Counted from the first letter of the stretch, positions 25,701 to 36,639 are shown. The stretch: 53,881 nt of DNA from Octopus bimaculoides (GCF_001194135.2 NC_068991.1:78721726-78775606), one strand, 5' to 3'. Notes: generated by a model not told the origin, from the sequence alone. Program-made: numbers and translations.

Positions 25701-26656
25701 ACACACGAGCGAAAACAGCCTTCCATATTCAGTGGTGTTTTGTGAACAGAGGCCCTTTTGATACCGACATGCCAGAGACTGCTGCTCGTTCTAATATTCA
25801 AACTTCCTGCTTTAGTAATCTAAATCAGTGCTCTGCAACCGGTACGCCGCGGCACACTGGTTCGTCACGAGACGATGCAAGGTGTGCCGCAGTGTAACCT
25901 GAATAATTTTTTCCCTATAATTTTAGTTCAGGTGTGCCGCCGAATTCTGAAAAGAATATAAGTGAACCGCAAGCGATAAACGGTTGAGGAGCACTGATCT
26001 AAATTAGAAACTTTCCACCAAAATTCCAAGGTCCAAACACTCGTCTAATATTGACATGGTTATTTTTATTAGATTCTTTCCAATTTTCAAAATTAACTGT
26101 AACAAGCTAAGTGTGTTTCAATATAAATATAACAAACGAGGAGAAATATATTTAAACCGCGACTACGTTTGACATGATAACCGGATCACTTTCAGAAATA
26201 AGAAAAGTTTATTATTTTCAATTCTGAAATATTCTGTAAAATACAAATCGCTACCATTCGTGCAGAGTTGTTACCCTTTACACATTTCTTTTGGTTTATA
26301 CAAAGATCGGGGTTTTAAGAATGATCGTTCCTATTCGGCATGTGAGGTTTAGTTAAGTCCGACCCGTAAAGCCAGACGAGTGACACTCCTCCTTTAAATA
26401 TATATTACTAGGAAGTCCAACTTGACTGTTGTTACCAGAGGGAACCGTCGGAGTGACTGTTGTGCTTAATTAACTTAAGGACTGTATTTAATATAGAAAT
26501 ACACATCGAGAAACAAGCGATATGATAAAAGAAAAATAATACAAAAAAGAAAGAAGTGAACAAAGGATAAGACAAGAGATACCTTCGTGGGGTGACATTC
26601 TTAAAAGCTGGATACCAACTGGAGAAGCCACAATTTAACACATGCTGCACTTTCAT
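12647..26656 (-). CDS. CDC123: Cell division cycle protein 123 homolog (ATP-grasp eIF2 assembly factor); 12 coding exons, 349 aa
   Basis: Manual splice reconstruction: join(26656-26583, 24486-24418, 23400-23331, 22047-22015, 20623-20528, 19602-19496, 18141-18014, 16967-16845, 16077-16049, 15164-15027, 14689-14552, 12691-12647) = 1050 nt. All introns are GT-AG and phases match. Protein: [38 protein letters not shown]...[16 protein letters not shown]...[13 protein letters not shown]...[20 protein letters not shown]...[34 protein letters not shown]...[25 protein letters not shown]...EESDEEK. These motifs match CDC123/D123 family hallmarks. Confidence 0.97.
12884..13181 (+). mobile_element. SINE family B in CDC123 intron 11
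   Basis: gggttcagtcccattgcatggcaccttggg...gaaactgaaagaagcc + (GT)n. Confidence 0.75.
13182..13359 (+). mobile_element. Abundant (CAT)n-tailed interspersed repeat (family D, likely LINE-related)
   Basis: catcatcatcgtttaacgtccgctttccatgc...ggatgcccttcctaacgccaacc; relatives at 16420-16815 (-), near 15225, 21265, 12000-12100 and 14290-14415. Confidence 0.7.
14552..14689 (-). CDS. CDC123: CDC123 coding exon 11 (138 nt)
   Basis: tcaacag| [46 protein letters not shown] |GTAAGT. Confidence 0.95.
15027..15164 (-). CDS. CDC123: CDC123 coding exon 10 (138 nt)
   Basis: tttttag| [46 protein letters not shown] |GTAAGA; the 3' boundary is the best-consensus in-frame donor. Confidence 0.9.
16049..16077 (-). 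CDS. CDC123: CDC123 coding exon 9 (29-nt micro-exon)
   Basis: cttcacag| (Y)VLDVYRKRQ |GTAAGT. Confidence 0.92.
16420..16815 (-). mobile_element. Family D repeat with internal gccagtg tandem subrepeats
   Basis: Reverse complement of the 13182 copy, plus ~50-bp tandem units (gattggctcctgtgccagtggcaagtg). Confidence 0.7.
16845..16967 (-). CDS. CDC123: CDC123 coding exon 8 (123 nt)
   Basis: ttcttctag| (A)[40 protein letters not shown] |GTAAGT. Confidence 0.95.
18014..18141 (-). CDS. CDC123: CDC123 coding exon 7 (128 nt)
   Basis: tcttccag| [42 protein letters not shown] |GTAAGT. Confidence 0.95.
18340..18520 (+). mobile_element. SINE family A in CDC123 intron 6
   Basis: gtagtgagctggtagaatggttaaagca...ttctgagttcaaatcc. 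Confidence 0.7.
19496..19602 (-). CDS. CDC123: CDC123 coding exon 6 (107 nt)
   Basis: gaatag| [35 protein letters not shown](P) |GTAAGT. Confidence 0.95.
20528..20623 (-). CDS. CDC123: CDC123 coding exon 5 (96 nt)
   Basis: ctag| [32 protein letters not shown] |GTAAGT. Confidence 0.95.
21100..21255 (-). mobile_element. SINE family B 5' half in CDC123 intron 4
   Basis: Reverse complement: accacatggtctcaggttcatttccgttgtgtggcaccttgggcaagtgtcttctac. Confidence 0.7.
22015..22047 (-). CDS. CDC123: CDC123 coding exon 4 (33-nt micro-exon)
   Basis: Long poly-T tract + cag| [11 protein letters not shown] |GTAAGA; phase 0-0. Not in the ORF track. Confidence 0.85.
22290..22545. repeat. Minisatellite: about 7 units of (GT)n + GGTAGYTTGCTACACYCT
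   Basis: Directly visible variable-length tandem units in CDC123 intron 3. Confidence 0.85.
23331..23400 (-). CDS. CDC123: CDC123 coding exon 3 (70 nt, acidic loop)
   Basis: ttttttag| [23 protein letters not shown] |GTAAGA; restores phase 0. Confidence 0.9.
24418..24486 (-). CDS. CDC123: CDC123 coding exon 2 (69 nt)
   Basis: ttccatag| (S)[22 protein letters not shown](G) |GTGAGT. Confidence 0.93.
25826..25996. mobile_element. hAT (Charlie-like) MITE, 171 bp
   Basis: TIRs cagtgctctgcaacc / ggttgaggagcactg (13/15 match); exact 8-bp TSD ATCTAAAT at 25818-25825 and 25997-26004. Confidence 0.88.
26583..26656 (-). CDS. CDC123: CDC123 coding exon 1 (74 nt)
   Basis: ATG at 26656, [24 protein letters not shown], donor AG|GTATCT, phase 2. 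Confidence 0.95.
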
Positions 26657-26790
26657 AATGAATCACCAATGTAAATAAAGTGTTCTTAAACGTTAGAGAG
26701 TTCACAAAGTAAGAGAAAAGAAAAGCAGCTAGAGTTATCTCCCTTGAAGTTACTTTTAAACTTCGCTTAGTCTGATAGCGGAGAGTCTCT
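26657..26790 (-). promoter_or_regulatory. Putative CDC123 5' UTR / core promoter
   Basis: The only unique sequence between the ATG and an upstream SINE tail; contains AGAGTTATCTCCCTTG (26731-26746). Confidence 0.45.
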
Positions 26791-27184
26791 TTATTACTCT
26801 TTTACTCTTTTACTTGTTTCAGTCATTTGACTGCGGCCATGCTGTAGCACTGCCTTTAGTCGAGCAAATCGACCCCAGTTTTTATTCTTTGTAAGCCTAG
26901 TACTTATTCTATCTGTCTTTTCCGTCGAACTGCTATGTTACTGGGAGTAAACACACCAGCATCAGTTGTCAAGCGATGTTGGGGGGACAAACACAAACAA
27001 ACATATATATATATACATATATACGACGGGCTTCTTTCAGTTTCCATCTACCAAATCCACTCACAAGGCTTTGGTCGGCCCGAGGCTATAGTAGAAGACG
27101 CTTGCCCGAGTGTCACGCAGTGGGAATGAACCCGGAACCATGTGGTTGGTAAGCAAGCTACTTACCACACAGCTACTCTTGCGC
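26790..27184 (-). mobile_element. SINE family B, full length, immediately upstream of CDC123
   Basis: tRNA-like head (gtagctgtgtggtaag...ggttccgggttcattccc), central (TA/TG)n and a (TAAAAGAG)n tail. Confidence 0.88.
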
Positions 27185-27979
27185 AAATATTTCATTCCCC
27201 ACCCTTTTTTTATGGAGCTTTGGAATAGATTTTTGACACAGGCGAGGAAGGAAGAGAGCAGAAAGCTAAGGGCAAAAATACGAAAGCTTAAGATTTTAAA
27301 GTAAACTGACCTAAAAGCATCCTTCGAAATTGTGATATAACGTTGAATGAAAAAAGCAAGGATACTATAAAAGGAGGAGAAAAATAATTCCTTGGTCCTT
27401 TACTTCTCATATCAGGTCGCGGTAGCTATTCCAAAACAGCGTCAGATGTTCCATACCTTATGGAGAACGAAAACGTTATGAATGTTGAAAGGTTTGGGCA
27501 GAAGAAATTTTTGTAATTTTTTTTTTTCATCTCAGGAATGTAATTGTCATTATAGAATAATAAACAAACAATAACAAAAAAAAAACAAAAAAAAAAAGAA
27601 ACCCGCTCTTTTCTTTCTCCAAAAGTCATGGGACATTTACATCGAAACAGCATTTTTTAATGCTCCCTGGACAAAAGACATCATCATTTCTTCACATTGG
27701 TTCAGGTTATCTTATTTCGTGAAAAATAATGTCGTTCATTACAGCTTTCCAATGGACAAACGAATGTTTCCCTTTGTTTTTGTTGGTGAAATTGAAATAA
27801 AGTTACTTAAACTTTAAGTAGAATCAGACGGGTAATTTTGTTTGAAAGCACCGGTTTTACAGGTTTCTCGTCGCTACATCTTTTAATGAAACGCTTTTAA
27901 TGAAACGTTCGCATGCATGTTAACTTATTTACAATTTACACCACACATACACCCCCCCCCCACACCCACACCCACAGAG

Positions 27980-28270
27980 TATCGATCAGACTCTCAGATA
28001 TTGTCATACGTCGCTGGTCACACTGCACTTGGCATTGCTTTTGCCTTTGCATGATGCCATTCCACTGGCCAGACGAGCAGCCCCCCCTCCCCTTGATCGG
28101 AAGGAGGCGATTCTGTGACACGAGGTAACCTATTTACAGCTGAGTGGACTGGAGCAATGTGAAAGGAAGGGTTTTGCTGAACAACAAAACGCGCGGCACG
28201 ATCCGGGAATCGAACCCGCGATTTAACGATCGTGAGTGTAACACATTAACCACTTGGTTACGTACCTTCA
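27980..28270 (-). mobile_element. tRNA-head SINE family C
   Basis: Reverse complement: aagtggttaatgtg...gggttcgattcccgg...ttgctccagtccactcagctg. Confidence 0.75.
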
Positions 28271-30402
28271 GACACGCACACACACACACACACATTTCAT
28301 GATGGCTGAATTGTTAAGAAGTTCATTTCGCAGCCAAGCAGTGCCGGGTTCGATTCATCTGCAACAGAAAATGACATCTTGGGCAGATATCAATCTCTTA
28401 TAGCGTTCAGTTGACTCATGTCTTGAAAACGAAACTGGATGGACGTAAACTGCATAGAACCCCCTCTTTAAATGACAAACCGCAGTGATGTAGTTTTCAA
28501 AAACGGAATCGGAATAAATTTAGTTTTAATTACTTTACTTATCCTGTAATAAATGAATAAATAAATAAATAAGTAAAACAGCCATTTCTGATCGGAGAAA
28601 ATATCAAAGCTGCTACGGCATTGACCGTCTTGTATTTCCTTCAATATTTCTATGATAACATTATCGTTCGTGTCGTTCGTGTTTCAATATGCTAGCGTCT
28701 AATTTGTGACAGATTTGACAACTGATTGTAATAAGCCGAGCGACCGCTTAAAAGCTTCCACGTTGGAAATAAGCACAAATACAGAACTGGTTTAGTTGCC
28801 TTGTTGGGAAATTGAGGCGAACTTGGTTAGTTTTTATGCTGAATTCAGCTTTCCTTGTGATTACAAGTGGGAAAAGAGTCACACACACAAACACACGCGC
28901 GCGCGCAAAGACTATTTCTACTACACTTCATCTAAATGAAGTTCTTATCTGTTTTAAAGTTTACCAAGACAAGAATTTTTCCTCGTCTCTTGGTAAACTT
29001 GGCCTTCGCGTGGTCCCTGTTATACCAGTCTGAGTGATAAGATTGAAGTTCATTATTGTCCAGCTTGAATTTGGGCATTTCAAGGTCTCTTAAAAGACAA
29101 AGTAAAAAAGAACAGGGAGTTGCTGGTGTAAGTGGGTGTCTTATGGAGCGAATTTTGTGACTTAATATGTCAGCCAATGGTTTGATGCCCCCAAGTGACC
29201 CTTGGACACTTTCAGTGAGCTTCGTTTTATTGCAAGGGATCTTTCCTGTTGCTCTTCCTTTTATGACGAGACTATCAAGAAAACAACATCAACAAAATCT
29301 TCAAACTAACTCATCCTACTCCCACCCAACCAGTGGATTTTATACTGTAAAATATAGATATCCACCCGAAATGACGGGGAAATTTCTTTGAAACCTTCTA
29401 CTATTTATAAGTTCTTTAGTACAATTTTGGCAATAATTTCAGGAGGAGGGCGTTAGTGTCAACTAACACTTATTTTATCCAAAAAGATGAAAGGCAGAAA
29501 TAAACTCGGTGTTAAATACAGAGCGTAAAGGACCGGAAGAAATGCAGCTAAGCATTTTGACCGATACAATAACGATTGTACCAGCTCACACAGCCTCCTT
29601 CTCTTTATAAATGATAAGGCGAAAATAGAGATTGCTACCATAAATTGTTCTTCCTTTGTCATGGAGCTGGATGAGGTAAAAATGTTGGAAACCATCTCCA
29701 TTTTACACACATGAAACACAGGACGTATTCTTCTGTCGTCCATGCATCATATATAATACACATCCCCAGCTATTTTTCAACCTCTTGAGTAATTTGGGTC
29801 TTATGAAAAGAAAGCTTTATTTTACTCAAAACGTATGAAACAATGGCGAAATAAAAGTCTGAAAACGAACATGGATTTTTTTAATACAAACTTATGAAAA
29901 TGCTTCGAACGGGCAAAATGCGTAGCTAGAGAGTGTGCCGCCCAGGGTGGTCATTCAATTTGCACCCCTCCCCAAATGCATATTGCCTACAACAGACTGG
30001 AATGTGGTTTCACCTCCATAAAAGTACCGCCCGAGGCGGACTGCCTCCCTCTAGCTACGTTAGTGCAGGCAACGGGTTAGACATGGTAAAGTACCCCAAT
30101 GTGTTCAATTGTCACAGCTGCCTTACTATGAGAAACACTGCCCTAAACTAGAATAGCAGCACAAGTTTTTCATGGCTTTGTTCCACGGAACTCTTGTTTC
30201 TCCATGAACAATACGGCCGAAGAAAAATACATCAGGGCATGCAATGCACGCTTAATTAATACAAGTACATTAATAAAGGTAATAAAATTATAGTGTTTTT
30301 TTGTTTATTCAATATCTCATTAAATATCACGTATACTTCGGCTTTGAACTCATACAACGCAACGTGAAACGTTTCATCGTTACCTGAATAGAGTGCTCTA
30401 GT

Positions 30403-30640
30403 GGAAGCACGTGGCTTAGTGGTTAGGGTGTTGCACTCATGATCGTAAGATTGTAGTTTCGATTCCTGGACCGGTGAAGCGTTGTGTTCTTGAGCAAGAT
30501 ACTCCATTTCACATTGCTCCAGTCAACTCAGCTGGCAAAAATGAGTAATCCGGCGTCCCGTCCATTTTGGGCAATTTCTACTCCATGGAAACCAGGAAAC
30601 CGACACTTATGAGCCTGGCGTGGCTGGAGAAGGTAACTGT
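30403..30640 (+). mobile_element. tRNA-head SINE family C
   Basis: A-box tggcttagtggtt, B-box gtttcgattcc, body ttgctccagtcaactcagctgg. Confidence 0.82.
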
Positions 30641-31427
30641 ACCTATACTGTGCTATGATGTATATAATTTCATCTTAATTCCGTACCAAAAACATTCCTT
30701 ACAATCTCGCGAAAGGATCTCAAATATGTATAATAGTGATCTGAAAAAAAAAAGAAAAAAGAAAAAAGCTTTTAGTAATTAAAATTATCGGAATCATTAG
30801 TAGACAAAATCGTTTCAGAGCATTTAAAATCTAAAAGCAACAACTAAGAGAAACGATTTTTTTATAATCTATATTTTCAAAATAGACTGTTAGTGAAATA
30901 TACGCGGTTGGATAAGTTCATATAAAGAGTAATCTGACGTCATGAAGCTGCGTTTTCGTCAGAGGGAGGACGCATTTATTTTGTACCTATTGAGTCTGGA
31001 GAGAGTGGTAGTACCCATGACCTTTTCAAGCAACCACCCTTGAAACAGTTGAGCTTGATGTTAATATTTCATTTAGACTGTTGCAGATTAACACCCGTTG
31101 GTAAGACATGAACAGGATCATTGCAGTAGGACGAATATCTGGGGAGAAAGGATTGTTAGTGCTGAGCCGAGGGTGGATTCGAAGGAAGAAAGGTGATGAA
31201 AGAAAGACGAATTATCCGCGGATGGCTGAGACTGGGAATAGAAGTTAATGCGAGTTTGAGGATGGGGAAAATGGAACAAAGGTGATGAGAATTGCGGGAG
31301 ACGAGTGGGATGCAATAATTTGAGTGACGGAAACCAACCAACTCAGAGTAACGATAGAAATGTGAGAGAGCCAGAGGAGGCTGAAGTGTGACGAGAAGTC
31401 ACTGAATATCAACCAGCCGAGTGGTCC

Positions 31428-31466
<39 letters not shown>

Positions 31467-32141
31467 CACTGTCTCTCACCCCACTCCTCTTCTCTCTCTT
31501 TCTCGGATGAAAAGTTAGTTCAAAACCATTATATCTTTCTATTCTCACGACAGTACAAATTTACCTAAAATTCATCTTTGTTTATCCGACTCAGACCACC
31601 ACNNNNNNNNNNTAATTTTGTATTTATCCGTATGAAATCCTCGATGGTGCTTTGCGTTCGTCATTTTAAAACTTAATCAATCATCGGTTATTCTATCGAA
31701 CCTCTCTTCCCACGGCTTAACAAATTATAAACAAAAAGAATTATCTTTGTTTTTTAATTTTTTTTGTTGCTTTTATTTGGTTATTTTGTTTTATTGTTTA
31801 TCTATACTTTTCCTTCGTTTATTTTCTCATTTGCTCTTATTGATCTTTTTGCGTATCCGTTCTGACATGTTCTACCAGACTGTCAATTGCCTCCGTTTCG
31901 TCGTCATCGTCACCATCGCGCACACAACACCACCCCATCTTCCCACCAGCACCACCACTACCTTCACCACCAGCACCACCATCATCATCATCCTTATCAT
32001 CGTCACCGTCGTCGTCATCTTCTTTATGTTATCTTAAACGTCATTACGATCATCAAATACTGAAGCAGCTGCATCATCATCATCATCATCATCATCGTCG
32101 ATCTCGAATTAACCCCCATATGGCTCCTGAGTGTAATAATG

Positions 32142-32204
<63 letters not shown>

Positions 32205-32209
<5 letters not shown>

Positions 32210-33640
32210 GTGGTGTAATGATTCTCAAAAGGGGGGAAATCAGTAAAAGCCAAGGGATCAAGCTGGAAAGTATTGAAACTATAAAGGAAAGTCGGAGAGG
32301 AATGATATAAGTACCTGGGTATCATTGAAAGAGATAAGATGAATGAACACAAGATGAAAGAAATGTACAAGAAAGAGTATTTGAAGAGAACTCGGTTTCT
32401 ACTCCGATCGAAGCTAAATGGCTGCTATAAAATTAGAGCAATTAACACGTGGGCGGTTGCTTTGATTGAGATATGGGACAGGAATAGTATCTTGGAAGAA
32501 GAATTACAAGATATAGACCGGAGAACAGGTAAATTAATGACAATGAACAAGGAACTACACCCCAAGAGTGTCAAGATTGTATTTAAAGAGGAAAGAAGGA
32601 GGACGGGGATTGGTGTATTGTGAAGGTCGTGTAATGGAAGAGGAAAACAGCCTGGCTTGGTATGTCAAGGGGAGTAAAGAAGAAATGATTGAAGCAGTGA
32701 AAATGCAGGAACCCTTAAAAGTAAACGAAGCTGTAGATCCAAGACAATTTAAGAAAGACCAGAGAAAGCAGATGAAGAAAATTTGCCAGGACAAGAAAAT
32801 ACACAGTCAGTTCTTGGAGAATAAAGATGAGATTGATTGGAACAGAACCTGGCAATGGCTGCAGAAAAGAGACTTAAAAGGGCCCACTCAGGCATTACTG
32901 TGCAGCGCTCAAGAAGAAGCTCTCAGAACAAACTACTCCAAATATCACATTGATAAAAGCACTCACTCGACACAGTGTAGGATGTGCTCCGAGAAGGGAG
33001 AAAGTATAAGCCATATTGTTAGTGAGTGCTGTACACTCGCACAATGTGAATACAAAAGGAGACACAACAATGTGGCCAGATATGTCGACTGGCTGTTGTG
33101 CGGGAAAGCAAACCTCGAAAGAGCCGGACAATGGTATGAACATAAGCCAGAGGGAGTAATGGAAAGCGAATATTACAAAATAGTCCGGGATCTTAACATA
33201 CTGTGCGACCAAGTCATAGAAGCGAGACGATCAGTTATCGTGATCATCCATAAAGATGAAAAAGAAGCAAAGATAACAGTTGCTGTAATATCAGGTGATT
33301 CGAGAGTGAAATATAAGGAAACAGAAAAGAGTGAGAAATACCAGCCACTGCGGGACGAGATAGGAAAGTTATGGGGCATGAGGAAAGTAATGGTGATACC
33401 GGTGATAATTGGAGCATTAGGGAGCAGTTTCCAAGGGCTTTGAAAAACGTATTAAGAATATTGGGGTTGCTGTCAGGCTCGAAGTGATCCAGAAGACAGC
33501 ATTGTTGGGTACAGATCACATTCTAAGGAGGTTAGTGTCTCTTTGAGCCACAGGAGAAGGGACTACTTGAAAGCTTTGGTGATTTGTTGTTGCCTGCTTT
33601 CGAGTAAAGAATAACCGGTAATTAAAAAACTATCCGAGAG
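32205..33640 (+). mobile_element. R4/Dong-like RLE LINE, 5'-truncated (RT end, CCHC knuckle, RLE)
   Basis: YKYLGIIE, RLYLKRKEGGRGL, CRMC..ESISHIVSEC..RHNNVA, EKYQPLRDEI..VIPVIIGALG; (TAA)n on the 5' side and (AAC/AAT)n on the 3' side. Confidence 0.9.
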
Positions 33641-33689
33641 TCTTGCAGAACAACAATAACAACAACAAAAATAATATTGATAATAATAA

Positions 33690-34400
33690 TAGTCAATACT
33701 GGGTGGTGAGGGTTGTTGAGCGCCCATCACTTATAAAATGCCCCAACGTCCTGCAAAAGACCTATCCACTGACAGTCAAACCCGACTCTTTCGCTAAACG
33801 AACAGAAGTGTGGGAAAAGGCGAGTATCTGGCGCCTTCAAATAACCAGTGCTCCGGGTAGGCTGTACTTGTTAGCGTTGGATGGCAAGCAGTCTAGGAGA
33901 AGTAATACTCTTAGTTCAAAACCAGGAGAGCAAGGCCCCTGCCGCCTTGGTGGACTACCTTGATAGGGATCGTGTCTCGGTAAAAATACCGGGTCGTAGT
34001 AACCCCAAAACACCCCTCATTTATGAGTGAAAATGCAAAGCAAAATAGATGACGATAATGGTGTGAAGGGGACAGGAACCAATGGGGAATGTGCTGCACC
34101 CGACAGGTGCTTCACTGTGCAGCAGGGTGATCCCAGTCATAATCCAGCAACTACTAGCCATGCCAGAAGATGTAAGTGGAATAAAGAAGAAAACATGATG
34201 GGGATAGAGTGTTACTACCGGAGCACTCCAGTGGACATGGTTAAAAAGGATTGGTGCAAGTGTGAAGGTAGAACACCAACAAATTCATCATTGCTTGGAA
34301 CTGCAAGAATTCTTCGCAGGGTTCTTGAAGCATGACCAGTAAACAAGGGTCACCTTAGTCTGCTGGCTGTGGACAGCTGACACTTTCTATCATACCAGGC
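33690..34400 (+). mobile_element. Bipartite (5' end + 3' end) non-autonomous Dong-like element
   Basis: 5' UTR and N-terminus (RRCKWNKEENMMGIECYYRS) joined near 34240 directly to the C-terminus (SSLLGTARILRRVLEA*) and 3' UTR. Confidence 0.7.
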
Positions 34401-34424
34401 AAAAAAACTGAGAGTTTGCATTTG

Positions 34425-34507
<83 letters not shown>

Positions 34508-34517
34508 AAGAAGAAGA

Positions 34518-35695
34518 ATGATGCAGGTAAAACTGTGCTGTAAGAACTTCACAATAGCAATGGACAGGTACTTATCTAATACAGGGGACTGGATCATGCG
34601 GCTTGTGTGCAAACATGAAAGCAGCAAAAAGTCACAGTCTATTGTCATGGAAGCTTGCAAATTTGGAAGGGAATCTGGCATTAACCCTGAATTAGATGAA
34701 AAACCTGAAACTACTACCACCAAACAAGCAAAACGGGTCAAACAAACTGCAAAAAAGAACGGGCTGAAACAAATTGAGGAGCAGTAGGGCTCGAAGCCTC
34801 TGCATATGGACAGTATACATTTTCAAAGACGAAATGCAGATATAGACCAAGCAACAACCCATCAGTGGTTGAGAAGCTCGGGACTGAAAGTAGAGACTGA
34901 AGTTTTCATATTGGTGGCACAAGATCAAAGCTTGCTTACCAAAAACTACCAGGCTAACGGTCTTCAAAACGGTTTTGAACTTAAATGCAGATTCTGCGAT
35001 AAATTTGATGAAACAATAGAACATCTCGTCTCGAGATGTCCTGTGCTGACACCAAACGAATACAAAAATTGCCACGATAGGGTAGGACAGTATTTACATT
35101 GGAAAATATGTAATCACTTCAAAGTCAGCACTCCTGCTTACTGGTATGAACATCATCCTGAGCCAGTATTTCAAGGGTAAAATATCATTATCTTTTGGGA
35201 TTTTCTAGTCAACACCGACAGAATCCAGGCTAATCGACTATAGTCATTAAAGGCAGGGAAGAAAATACTTGAAGACTAATAGACGTAAGTGTTCCCACTG
35301 ATAAAAATATATCTCTAGAGGAATTTGATAAATGAAGTAAATATATGGACCTGAAAATTAAGATAGAAAAGATATGGCATCTTAAAGCGAGACCTGTTCC
35401 AGTTATTGTGGGTGTCCTTGGTATAATAAGAAAGGGATATCAAAAACATTTAGATAATATCCCAGGAGAACCATGTTTCAGAGAAATCCAAAAGATTGTG
35501 CTGACAAGTACTGCCCACATCCTATCAATTTAAATGTATGTATTGTATTACATGAAGATATTTCGCTACTGCCGCAGTCATTTCCCCCTTCAAGCTGTCA
35601 GTTATACAGTAACATCTTTTATCCTTCACTCGCTCCAGGACGCCACGTGTGTCTCGGCAAGTTACTGTAACAAACATGCAAATTAAAAGTAAATA
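34518..35695 (+). mobile_element. R4/Dong-like LINE, 5'-truncated, second subfamily
   Basis: HQWLRSSGLKVETEVFILVAQDQSL..CRFC..ETIEHLVSRC..HDRVGQYLHWKIC..VGVLGII..IVLTSTAHIL; (TAA)n(GAA)n upstream and (TAA)n downstream. Confidence 0.88.
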
Positions 35696-35704
35696 ATAAT
35701 AATG

Positions 35705-35771
<67 letters not shown>

Positions 35772-36604
35772 GTAATGATGATGATGGTGATAATGATGAT
35801 GTGACAATTTCTTGACACTTCTGGTCATCAGAAAATGAATTAGTGGAGAGTGGAAAGGTGTAACAAACGACACTTTATTTCATAAGATGTCGTATGGAGT
35901 TAAAAAATATAAGAGCGACAACAAAGACAGCATCAACTCCACCACCACCACCGCGACCGCNNNNNNNNNNNNNNNNNNNNNNNNNNNNNNNNNNNNNNNN
36001 NNNNNNNNNNNNNNNNNNNNNNNNNNNNNNNNNNNNNNNNNNNNNNNNNNNNNNNNNNNNNNNNNNNNNNNNNNNNNNNNNNNNNNNNNNNNNNNNNNNN
36101 NNNNNNNNNNNNNNNNNNNNNNNNNNNNNNNNNNNNNNNNNNNNNNNNNNNNNNNNNNNNNNNNNNNNNNNNNNNNNNNNNNNNNNNNNNNNNNNNNNNN
36201 NNNNNNNNNNNNNNNNNNNNNNNNNNNNNNNNNNNNNNNNNNNNNNNNNNNNNNNNNNNNNNNNNNNNNNNNNNNNNNNNNNNNNNNNNNNNNNNNNNNN
36301 NNNNNNNNNNNNNNNNNNNNNNNNNNNNNNNNNNNNNNNNNNNNNNNNNNNNNNNNNNNNNNNNNNNNNNNNNNNNNNNNNNNNNNNNNNNNNNNNNNNN
36401 NNNNNNNNNNNNNNNNNNNNNNNNNNNNNNNNNNNNNNNNNNNNNNNNNNNNNNNNNNNNNNNNNNNNNNNNNNNNNNNNNNNNNNNNNNNNNNNNNNNN
36501 NNNNNNNNNNNNNNNNNNNNNNNNNNNNNNNNNNNNNNNNNNNNNNNNNNNNNNNNNNNNNNNNNNNNNNNNNNNNNNNNNNNNNNNNNNNNNNNNNNNN
36601 NNNN

Positions 36605-36639
<35 letters not shown>

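Noticed and set aside
27232-27520. Divergent plus-strand gene sharing the CDC123 promoter (acceptor-like sites near 27241 and 27416)
   Set aside because: Only short unrecognisable peptides and weak donors; no first exon found.
29935-30065. Harbinger-like MITE remnant (gtgccgccc..ggcgg motifs)
   Set aside because: Termini and TSD cannot be defined; too decayed to call.
30403-30480. tRNA genes at A/B-box sites (also 5171, 27184, 28270)
   Set aside because: No complete cloverleaf is evident, and each continues into a shared SINE body.
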